From Carcharhinus longimanus (taxonomy: Eukaryota): a stretch of DNA of 64,000 nt. A program made the position numbers and the translations under genes. The stretch spans positions 49,496,940 through 49,560,939 of the forward strand of contig JASCQW010000072.1 of NCBI GenBank assembly GCA_030264375.1, written 5' to 3'. This document shows positions 10,961 through 22,095 of the stretch, in pieces; position 1 is the first letter of the stretch, and every line of letters starts with the position of its first letter. The notes beneath the pieces were generated by a model, which was not told the origin of the DNA, ran no database searches, and worked only from the letters and a program-made list of their open reading frames with translations.

Positions 10961-12089
10961 CAGGTTCCAGAATGTTAAGTTGGGGCATATCTCTCCTAGC
11001 CTTCAATGCCATTCCCTTTCATCTCAGGAGACATCCATCTATCCGCAGAGAATGAGTCCTGCATTCACACTTGTGTGTTCTGGCCTCATGATGATAGGTC
11101 ATGAGCTCTGCTTTGATCCACAGTGTCCTGTGAGTGTCCTCATTCTGGGAACTGAGAGTCCACTAAAGGTCAAGAGAAATGCAAAAGAAGACATGAAGCT
11201 TTTTCACCATCTAATGATGAAAATATTGCTGCAACTGAAATGAGGACATGCCTTGGGATCATCTCCTCTCGTGCATGTCTTGTGTTCTGCCATTACCACT
11301 GAGGAGACACCTGCTCTCTCACTGAATGGCGTTTCTTGAGGAAGAAGGATTAGAAACATTTACATCACAAAGATTTAAATACACCTCACTAACATCACAC
11401 AAGGATGTGGCAACTAGTTCAACTGAGGTTCACATCACATGAACATTAATAACACAACGGAAAATTATCACTGAGTGGGAGAATGGCTCAACCTTGACAT
11501 AGGAGGATCACAAAGTACAAAATCATACCCTCAGTTGACTAAACATCGTACACCCATCAGATGTCTTCTCAAGAGTGCAATATCTTTACAATGATAGCCC
11601 ACAATGATCCAGTGACATCAAAGTTTCTTAACTTAATCTGGGTAAGGTACTCTTTTGGAGAGTTGGTGCAGACACAATGAGCCGATGGGCCTCCTTCTGC
11701 ACTGTAAGGATTCTATGACCTTGGTGGATTTCTTCTAGTGACTCAAGACTTGAGGACTCGGCCTATTAAGGGTCTCCTGTTGAGGGGCAGAAGCACCCTC
11801 AGGGGCCTATGCACCTGGAATGGATATCATCACAGGCAGAGGGGACTGTGAATGTCTGTGAAATATATTCAATCCCAGGCTAGCAAAGCTAGGCCAGGGC
11901 GGATCTTCCAACACACTCCTATCTTCCTTGCTCACCACGCTGATCAACCAATGGTTTGAGCCAGTAAGATCACGCCTTCAAAATATTTAGGGAAGATTCC
12001 GCCCACAGAGTTACAGCGAAAGTACATAGACAGGTTTGATCCTGTGGGAGGTTTCAGAGGAGACACTATTCTACATATGAAAGAGGATT

Positions 12090-12985
12090 GAGTAGAATTT
12101 TCTCTGAAAAATTCTATTTGTCGAGCGGGTGAGAAACCAAAAGTTTTCTTGCCCGTTTTTCCAGCAAGGTAAGTGGTGGCAATTTAATGCACTCTTTGCA
12201 ATACAGTGGCCATAATGTAAATCTCACCAGTAGAGTGGATAGGTGGGCACAGCCTATTCATGCCAGGAATCTGGCTAAAAACTGTTAGTTGTGCCACTGC
12301 ACAGGAGCCACTGTTCACGTAGTGTACACAGTATACCGGGAGAGCTGCCAACACCCCCTCTCCATAGACATCGCCCACCTCACCTCAAACCCCCCCCAAT
12401 CGCCATCCCCTATGGACCACCCCTCCAACTGTCAGACCCAAACCCACGATCACTAGTCCCAAACCCCCGATCACTGGCCCCAATGATCAGTCCCTTCTCT
12501 CTCCTCCTATGAAACTGCTCCCATCCCCATCGACCTCTACCTCTTGCCTATCCCTTATCTGGCTCCACTGCTGTCAGACGCTGCTGCCTCAGGTCATGCC
12601 CTTACCAGGCCACCCCAGTGCTCGGTGGGTGGTATCAGGGTGCCAGGCTGGCACCTCCCCATTGGCAATGCAAGGCCCTGCCCCCGACCACCCATAGAGC
12701 TTCAATGATCTCCGGTACCACCATCAAGGCCATCACGCCTGGTCCCCATTAGTGGGGACCATCTGTGATCCTCACCAGGAAGGACCTTGACCAAAGAAGG
12801 GACTAAGGAAGTGAGCCTGGATGATTGTGTCCTTGGCTTATTAATGACATGCTCAGCAGAATGGGGCTGGCAATATTGCAAGAGTGGAGAAATCAGGTGT
12901 AAGCCCAATTTTTCACTTCTCGTTCATATATCCAGCCCCACTTCAGTACTTGACCAATGCAACGGGGTGGAAAAATCTCACCCAA
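12090..12985. mobile_element. Non-autonomous DNA transposon (Harbinger-like termini)
   Basis: Starts GTAGAATTTTCTC and ends GGAAAAATCTCACCC, with a C-rich interior; same terminal motif class as other MITE-like copies in the window. Confidence 0.45.
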
Positions 12986-13032
12986 TGTAGTTCCTTCAGT
13001 TAATCCACCAAGGAAGTGTACTGTACATATCT
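12867..13032 (+). repeat. Inverted duplication, arm 1 (partner 13819-13987)
   Basis: ~165 bp aligns end to end with the reverse complement of 13819-13987, roughly 80% identity by eye. Confidence 0.9.
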
Positions 13033-13538
13033 AGGACAAATTTCAGACAGAACTGGACACTATGGTGATTATTTGTCATGATCAACAACATGCAACTGGT
13101 GTATCGCTATAACCATGATTATAAATACAGACAGTAAAATTTGTGTGTGTCTGGATCTTTGACGACTAAATGAAGCATTTAAGAGGTGTCTCATAAAATT
13201 CCTACTTGGAGCATCTCAACACAAAATTTGTTAAATTACATGCGAAACATGGTTATTGGTCCATGCATTTATTGGAAGACTCGCAGGAATTAACCACCTT
13301 TAGAACATCATTTGGGAGCTGTTGTTTTCAGATATAAGACTGATGTGATGAATTTTGGACATGACGGGGCATAAAAAGTACAACTCCAAAGTGGCAGCAA
13401 GAGCAAATGAGCCTAGCTACATTTGTACATAAGTCATTGAAGGAAGCAGGACACGTTGAGAGAGTAGTTCAAAAAATATATTTATTGGAGAATAGAGTGC
13501 GAGAGTAGGGAAGTTATGTTGAACTTGTATCAGACAAT

Positions 13539-13712
13539 GGTCAGAATTCTCCAGCTGTTCATGTTGGTGGGATTCCCTGGTCCCGCCGTGCAGGGTGGTT
13601 TCAATGGGAATTCACATCGACAATGACAGGACCAGAGAATCCCAGCACCAGTGAACACAGTGCAGTCACTCACTGCCAAGAAACACGTGGTTGAGAGGCT
13701 GGAGAATCCGCA
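13539..13712. mobile_element. MITE with terminal inverted repeats inside CR1
   Basis: AGAATTCTCCAGC ... GCTGGAGAATCCG inverted ends; CR1 sequence resumes on both sides. Confidence 0.65.
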
Positions 13713-13818
13713 CACCAAATCAGCCCTCAACTGAAATTTTGCATCCAGTTCTGTGCGCCACACTTAGGAAAGATAAAAGGCATTGGAGTGAGTGCAGAAA
13801 AGATTCATAAATTCAGAA

Positions 13819-13987
13819 AGATTTATGTACAGTACACTTCCCTGGTGGATTAATTAAAGGAATTACATTGGATGGGATTTTTCCATCCCGCTGCATTGGT
13901 CAAGTAGCGTAGTGGGGCAGGATTATATGAATGAGAGGTGAAAAATCGGGTTCATACCCAATTTCTTCACTCTTGCAATATTTCCAG
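13819..13987 (-). repeat. Inverted duplication, arm 2, embedded in CR1
   Basis: Reverse complement of 12867-13032. Confidence 0.9.
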
Positions 13988-15689
13988 ATAAATTTGAAAA
14001 GTGGTATTGTTTTCCTTGGAGAAAAGAAGGCTGAGAGCAATTTTAACTGAGGCATTCAAAATCATAAGGAGTCTGACAGAGTAGATTGAGAGAAACTGTT
14101 CTTCTTGTGGAAGGATCAAGAACGAGAAGGCATAAATTTAAGGTAATTTGCAAAAGAAGCAGAAGTATATATGAGAATATATGAGAGAAAAAAAATTCAC
14201 ATTAAGTTCTGGAATTCACAGCCTGCGAGAATGGTGGAGGCAGATTCAATCCAGGCACTCAGAAGGGGAACAATGTGCAGGGTTATGGGGGAGAAGATGG
14301 GAGAATGGTAATATGCAAGTAAGCATTCAGAAAGCCAGTGCAGACAGAATAGGCCAAATAGCCTCCTTCAATATTATAGAAGTTCTGTGATCCTGTGATT
14401 TAAAAACCTAAACCAAGTGCAGACACAATTTGAATATTTTTAAAATCCCATTATCTTCCAGGCATAGATTCAGAAACACATCTGCTATCATTTTATTTTT
14501 GTTAACATGAAAATGATTCCGTTAACTCCCAATAATGACTGTGTTTTCTTACTGTAAGTTTACAGGAGAAAACTATTCTCTAGCCTTTTTTGATCCGTAC
14601 AAACCGATGTTGTGGTTTTGGTCATTGTTTGTGAGATTAATATCGATGCAAATGTTGAGCATTTAAAGGGAGAACATAAACAGTCTCAAACGTGCCGAAA
14701 AACAAACGTGCCCAAAGATTTCTTGGGAGGCTTGTTTAGAAAACCCAGCACCCCTGGTGATGATCTGTCTCTGGAGTGAATCCAGGTCGTCACCACGGAA
14801 ACAGGTTCCTGGAAACACTTTAGATAAACTTGGAGCCGCATAAGTAAGTCCAGCTTGGCTTGTGAGGGGCACCGAGGGGGTGTGTGGGGGATGGACAGTT
14901 GTAAAACTAAAGAATTTGGCTTGTACTCGTTGGCAAGATCTATATTTTGCTGTCAATAATGGTGGGGAGTAAATAAATTACAAATGTGTGTCATCCAAAA
15001 CCAAACTGAAGTTAATCAGAACTGCTGCAGAAACTGCATTCATTCTTTGAATGGAGGTTTTTGCCTCTTTGACATTCCATGTTAGCAAACAATCAGATGA
15101 CTGCTTTATTAATCAATGCCTTAGTTTCTTAGTTTAAAAAGTCTTGTACTTTTTCTTTTGCAGCTGAATGCCTGAGCTTGTAAAGGTCAAGGTGACAGAA
15201 GACAGCAATCCTGGAGGGAAAGACGGCATAGCAGATTGCTCTGCATGGGGCCATTTACTGCTTTCACTGACCATAGCAAATAATTGAACACTCAACTACT
15301 TTGTGGGGGAGATTAAGCACTCAACTTCCTTATAGTTTTTTTTTAACCTTTATTAGTTTCTTCATGCTTCAGCATACATTTTTTTTAAGTCAGTGTTTGG
15401 ATTAATGCTGTGCCCTTTTAAGATCTGTAAGATTTACAGTATGTGCTCAGTTTACGGAATGTATATTTATGAAGAGGAGTTCTTGAATATTTCTACAAAT
15501 CTACTTCAAGACAGTCAGTGAATTAGGGAAAATTATTTGTTATAATGTCCAGTAGCAAGCATGTGGTGTGGTGTGGTGCACAGTGGCTCTCTTTCAAGGC
15601 AGTTCAGATCAGTTGTTTTGCCAAGCTACAATATCATGAATGACTAATGAGTCCAATTCAAGAATGAGACATGATCTTGGTTCAGAAGT

Positions 15690-18155
15690 TCAAAAAGTAG
15701 TATCAGTTTGGATGGAGGTAAGAAATAGCAAAGGAAAGAAGTCACTTGTGAGTCATTTATAGGCCTCCAAATAATAGGGCAGAGCATAGATCAAGAAATA
15801 ATGGGGCTTGCAAGAAAAGTACTGCAATAATCATGGCTGATTTTAATCTTCATGTCAATTAGACAAATCAACTTGGCAAAGGTAGCTGTAAAGATGAGTT
15901 CATAGCATGTATTCAGGACAGTTTCTTAGAATGTTCTCGAACCTACCAGGGAATAGGCTATTATAGAACTGGTAATGTATAATGAGTACAGTAAAAAGTC
16001 TGACAACACCAGNNNNNNNNNNNNNNNNNNNNNNNNNNNNNNNNNNNNNNNNNNNNNNNNNNNNNNNNNNNNNNNNNNNNNNNNNNNNNNNNNNNNNNNN
16101 NNNNNNNNNNNNGTATAATGAGACAGGATTATTTAAAGGCCTCATAGCAAGGGATCCTCAAGGCCTTAATATGATAAACTGGTTTGAGAGTGAGAAGTTG
16201 GACCATAACTAGTATTTTCAAATTAAATAAAGGTAATTACAAGGTATAAAGAGAGAGTTAGCTGAAGTGGAGTTGGTAAACAGGTTAAAAGGGAAGATGG
16301 AAGAAAAGTAGTGGCATGCACTTAGAGATATTTTATAACTTTCAATAAAGATGTATTCTATTGAAGAAATTCTATGAGAAAGATTTAGCATCCTTGGCTA
16401 ACTAAGCAAGTTAGAGGTGGTATCAAACTGAAAGAAAAAGTATACATTGCTGCAAATATTAATGTAGGCCAGAAGATCAAAAAAGTTTTAGAAACCAAAG
16501 GATAAGTAAGAAAAAAAATCAACAGGCAAGAATTGGAATGAGAAAAAAAATTAGCAAGACATATAAAAATGGATAGTAAAACTTTCAACAAGTATATAAA
16601 AAAGGAAAAGAGTAGCTAAGGTGAGCACTGATCTCTAAGAGGCTGAGACTGAGATTATTTTGTATCTGTCTTCACAGTCAAAGACGTAAAAAAGCATCCA
16701 ATGAATTGTAGAAAACCAAGATGCAAAGGAGAGGGAAGTACTTATATAAATCACTCTCACTAGAGGAAAAGTAATGGGAAAATTAATGGAACTTAAGACT
16801 GAATAGTCCCCTATATCCAATGGGCTGCATCCTAGACTCTTAAACAAAGTGGCTGCAGAAATAGTAGACTCATTGGTTGTAATTTTTCAAAATTCCCTAG
16901 ACCCTGGAAAGGTCCCAGTGGATTGTAAAACCACAAATGTAATATCTCTATTCAAGAAAGGAGGAGACAGAAAGCAGGAAACTGAAGGCCAGTTAGCACA
17001 ACTTTTGTCCTCAGAAAACTCCAGAGTCCATTATTAAAGAGGTAGTAGCTGGGCAATTAGAAAATCACAATACTATTAGGCAGCTTCAATATGGTTTTGT
17101 GAAAGGGAAATCATGTTTGAGAAATTTATTAGAGTTACTTGAGGATGCAACAAACAAGGTGGATAAACATGTAGAGGGCATGGAAGCCACTTGTGTAGTC
17201 AACTAAGACAATTTCATTTAATATTGAAAATTATAATTATAATGATAGGAAAGCATGTTGTTAGGAGGATACAAACGTCTGGATATTCTATGCAGTGGGA
17301 ATCATTGTTTGAGATTCAATCATTGTCGGATTGCTGCTCCGTGCAAACCTTTCAATTTCCCAATGCTGTTCTGTATTCCTGGTTGGGTCTTCCGAGCCTG
17401 GCTTCTTCAGTGCTGTATCACTGGGGGAAGACAAGTCATGCCCGTTTTTTACAGTGCTAGCTGCTATAAGGCAAGTTCAAATGTCCAGTGTGAATGTTAG
17501 TGAATGGATTAATGGATGGATATTGGGGAATGAATGGCCATGGTGGTAGGGTGGGTAGGTAGGTGAAGTAAGTAAATGTACTAGGGGTAGTTGGGTCAGG
17601 GCAGGTAGTCACGGTGAGTGTAGTAGGATCGGGTAGAGAGGATAGTCACGGTGTTAGTGTGAGTGATTTTGGGGAGAGGTGTCAGTTTTGTAGCTACCCA
17701 GAAGTCAGATTAAGATTTTTCTGTTTAACTTTCCTGAGTAACGATCCAGGTAAGTACCACAAACTGTCCATTGTCTCCAATTCTCACTCAGAGTAGACTG
17801 CGCCAGGTTGCAGGGGAATTCCCATTGTCAGTTCAAACTTCCTGGGTAACTGCAACAGAATTTAGTATATAGGGACTTCCATAGGGTCCCAATGTCATCT
17901 TGGGTCATACGTCTGGTCTCTAAAGATCTGGAAATGGGACGACCTAGGCTGGAGAGTCTGTAAAGGAATATGATTAGATTAAGTGTGTGGACAAAAATTT
18001 GGTAGATGAAGTGTAATGTGGGAAAATATGAGGTTGGCCACTTTGTCAGAAAGAATAGAAAAGATGAACATTATTTAAATGAAGAGAGGTTTCAAAATGA
18101 TGCAGTACAGGGTGATCTGGGTGTCCTTGTATACAAATCACAAAAAGTCACCATT
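15690..18155 (+). mobile_element. CR1-like LINE ORF2 remnant (endonuclease to RT), interrupted at 15987-16112 and ~17170-17950
   Basis: SVWMEVRNSKGKKSL, YRPPN, IIMADFNL, IFQNSLDPGKVPVDCKTTNVISLFKKG, GFVKGKSCLRNLLE, MKCNVGKYEVGHF; many stops and frameshifts. Confidence 0.9.
15987..16112 (-). mobile_element. Penelope-like insertion (mostly in gap) with apparent target-site duplication
   Basis: ACAGTAAAAAGTCTGACAACACCAG matches the inverted pLTR end; GTATAATGAG lies on both sides (15977-15986 and 16113-16122). Confidence 0.65.
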
Positions 18156-18502
18156 CAGGTAACCTCGAGCCTTTCTCTGGTGTGCTAAATGGGAGACAAA
18201 GATTCTAGAGAAAATTATGGTTTGCCTTTTTCCAGTTCAACAGAATGCTGTCACCCATGCCTTCTCTCTTGAAATTAGTCTTCACCTCCACAGTTCAGTC
18301 AACATAGAGATCCCAGCTCAGTTACCAGCAGTTGTGGAAAGCTGCTATCCCACTCCACAAATGGTTTGTCTTTCCAGGGAAAATATGACTATATATGTCC
18401 ATATGCTTTCCAAGAAGGGTGACAACACGGTGGGAGCTTGAAGCCTTTACGACAGTGACTGGTTGTGGGGGGAGGGAGAGATTGTGGTGACATCAGCAGT
18501 CA

Positions 18503-18740
18503 TATGGTAGTACAATAGTTAGTATTGCTACTTCACAGCGCCAGGGACCTGGTTTGATTCCCGGCTTGGGTCACTGTCTGTGTGGAGTTTGCAAGTTCTC
18601 CCCATGTCTGCATGGGTTTCCTTCGGTGCTCAGGTTTCCTCCCACATTCTGAAAGAATTGCTGGACTGTGGCAATGAGGAGAATTTCACAGTAGCTTCAT
18701 TGCAATGTTAATGTAAACCTTACCTGTGACTTTAAACTTT
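18503..18740 (+). mobile_element. V-SINE, alternative-tail type
   Basis: Head, V-core and tail AATTTCACAGTAGCTTCATTGCAATGTTAATGTAAACCTTAC. Confidence 0.8.
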
Positions 18741-20607
18741 AAATGTGCAAGAGACTGGGAAGATAAGATGATATAGTCTCTACAAGAGAGAGATATACTC
18801 ACCTAGAAGCTTAAAATGCACTGTTGTGTAAATAAAGCGAGTTTTTGAGGAAACCTTTGGAGTTACACCAAAGTCCCTCATTAATAGTGGGAAACCTTTC
18901 CAATCCAGAAAAGGATGCAAGTTATCTGAAGAGAGATCCAAGTAGTGTGCAAACTGGAAACCAAACCACAAAACCACGTCGCTGTTCAGACAGAAGTGAT
19001 CGTCAGCGCAATGTCATTGGGAGATATACAAGTGAAATATTGCTCAGTTAATGCAGTAGCAATCATCAATAAATGGCAAAACCAAAGCAAATACGCTTTA
19101 GAGGTAGCCATTTACCCTACAAAGGGCCAATTATTGGATCCAGCAAACAATTTTGTGAGCAGCATTTCACTTGCCTTTAGTGACCTCCTACCAATAGTTT
19201 ATGCTATGAAGTTCACCTCGAGTGTCCCTGTCCCATTTGCCAATAAGGCTGACAAAAGGTATAAAAAAATGTGGTGCAATCTTTTTACTTTGTGAATTAA
19301 ACATGGCAAATCTAGTCAGAGATGTCAGATATTGAAGTGGCTAATTGCTTGAGGCCATAACCAACTGATTATTTCACTAAAACAACCTAAAATGAGAAAT
19401 CATAAATCAACTGTATCCTTGGCTACATTGTGTTTCTGTTAAATAAGGAAAGTTGTCCATAGAAATGTGTTCTGAAACAATAAATTACAAACAGATTTGG
19501 TACCGTAGATTTATGTATATATATTTTAAAAAGCTTATAAAGATCAACACCAAAGTGAATCTGTCAGCCTTGAATCTATTTTTTAATTAAACACATTCCT
19601 CTTTCATAGAAGGTAGACCACATTGTCTTTTCCTCATTTAAAAAAATCTGTGTAGATAAAAAGTGTCTTTGATCTGCGCAGAAATACCAAACCAAAAATA
19701 AGCTTGAACTTTTAAACCTGACGTTCACGGCCCATAAATTTTGTGGCACATGTTTATGCTGTCACCCCTTGTCAAACATTCCAGGCATACCAGACAATGA
19801 GTTTACCTGGAAAGTGCAGCCTCAGAGCAGGTCACAGACTCAATGACAGACAAGAATGCTGGCTGCAGTGGGCAGGTCAGCAGCAGTCTGAAGCTGTAAC
19901 CGGCCACTGTTCCTAACTCATGCCAGTGCCCCCCACCCCCAACCATTGCTTTTGGGGTCTGATTCAAAGAGCTCATTCTATTTAGTGATGCATGCTCATT
20001 AGGAATCAGCAGCCCACAAAACACATCCACACCTGAGATCAATTTAAGGAAATGGAGAGGAAGACGGCCCCTTACTTCATCCTCTGTCTCTATCTCTGTG
20101 TTACTCAATCAGATCTTCGTCATTGTTTGCCATTACAATATCAAGAAGAACAATACTTTAGTTCTTCCCTCTTACGCATGCTAAGAGAAATTTCAAACCA
20201 GCCTGTGTGAGGAGATGAGGGGTGAGAACCTCACTAAATACATATTATGATCTCAGATAAAAGAACGATCCAAAATGTATTTCTTGATTCGGACACCGGC
20301 TAAAACCATTAAACAATATATTCCTCAGCACTTGTATTCTCCACCTAATCAAACACCACAATAAAAAAGCCAAGAATAAAATGCAAAACAAAATTTCCAA
20401 GCTAAAAACCGCATCTGCTGCTTCCGAATTAGTGACTGAAAAATCAGTTTTATAATGATACCATGTGCCTTTGATCTAGTTTCAGCACAGTGCCCTTCTG
20501 AAAGTTGTATAATTTGACTCTGACTCAGCCTCATATTGATATGTTTTGTGATTAATTAATATCTGTTTTCTATAAGTTGTGTAATTGTATTGTTGCCTGT
20601 CTTAATC

Positions 20608-21793
20608 TGGAATTTTGCTCCCAGGTTGGGTGTACACTGTTGGGACATTTCCCTTTTCAGTGAACTCAGCCTGGGTAAACGAGGCCTGGAAGTTGGGATT
20701 TTCAGTCTGGGGGTGTAAACATGATAAGAAGTCAGCCCACTATCTCCAGAACATCAAAACGAAAATCCATTCAGCCCTCAAACCTCCACCAATTCTGCAT
20801 GCTCCATCCATGTGCTTTCATGCTACCTCATGACCCTTCATGCTAATCTGTTCTTATTCACTTCCCATGGATCCCCATGTCGCCTATGACCCTCCACCCA
20901 TCCCCACATCCTCAATGCCAACCTAGGTCCCTCACTCACTCCTTGGCACTTAATGCCCCTAAGCCACTCTATGTCTCCCAATCCTCCTCATAGCCCTTTA
21001 CAGTCGCTATGCTAACTAAGGGTCAGTTCATGCCAACGCATGCCCCCATCTTCCCATTGCCCTTACCCTCTTCAAGCCAACTCTTCTAGTATCCACCATG
21101 GGCAAACCTCAGAAATCATGCTGACATAAGTAAAATTGTGCCTATTGTCACTATTTTTAAAAAAATTCAATAAAAAATATTCAAATATTTAAGTTCCTTC
21201 AACTAACCTCTTACGAAAGCAAGCTACTCTATTCTAAAACCATTTGGAGACATCAATTAAACTGCTCACTTATCAGGAACCCCACTAAGATAATGTTGAG
21301 TTGTACAGTCAGCCACGCAGCATAAATCCTGTAATGGAAGCCCTCGGACCAATGCCAAGAGACAGAGTGCAACAGCCACTGATTTTATTTTTAAATTCCA
21401 CACATTTAAAAAAAACTAAATTCAGTCCCTTGACAGGTCCAATAAGTTTATGCACTTTTATATATACTTTTAACAATTCCAAAGGGTATCTGACCGCTAC
21501 CAAAAGTGTCTCAAGACATATCCAAAGGGGGATCCGAGCTATCCAAACAGGCCCACAAGGTTCAGGCCTACTCCAACCATGCTTTAGATTTCAGACAACT
21601 ACCTCAACAAATTAGGACATGAGTGAAGGCAGCTGATTGATATCATCTGCCCCTGCAAAGCATGGATATGCAATTTAAGACATGCCCCAATTCCACCTCC
21701 CATCCTCCCCCAGTGAAAATGGCAAAGGCCAGGTTCAGAAACAGGATATAAGGATTCAGGCCCCTGACATCTTTCCACCTGAGTGAAAATTCA
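20608..21793. mobile_element. Non-autonomous DNA transposon with imperfect TIRs
   Basis: CTGGAATTTTGCTCCCAGGTTGG at the left versus CCACCTGAGTGAAAATTCAG at the right; C-rich interior. Confidence 0.5.
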
Positions 21794-22095
21794 GACATTC
21801 CTCTCTTCTAAGATTCATCACATCATTCTTTATTTACCCCTGTTCCTGATCTATTGTTTCATTCTTTATGTTATTTTAATAGACATTTACTTCAGAATGC
21901 AAGTACTTTTTGTCCTCATAAATGAATGGGTATTTATTAAAGTTTGTAACTAGCAGCCAGTGGGCTATCCAGAGAGCTCATTGCTCCCTGCAGCTGAATC
22001 CTAATGAAACTAGCCCACAAAATGAACTAATAATATTGCAGGAGCCAGCTGAGTGCCTGAAGTTAGCTCAGGGAGAAAATCTATCCCAAAGAGTA

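Larger units (their letters stand above)
13390..14400 (+). mobile_element. CR1/HER1-like LINE 3' fragment (interrupted)
   Basis: Typical 3' ORF2 sequence GCATTGGAGTGAGTGCAGAAAAGATTCA and TTTTCCTTGGAGAAAAGAAGGCTGAG, tail GGCCAAATAGCCTCCTTC...TTCTGTGA. Confidence 0.8.

Noticed and set aside
14568-14841. Candidate coding exon between tttacag and gtaagt
   Set aside because: All three frames contain stop codons.
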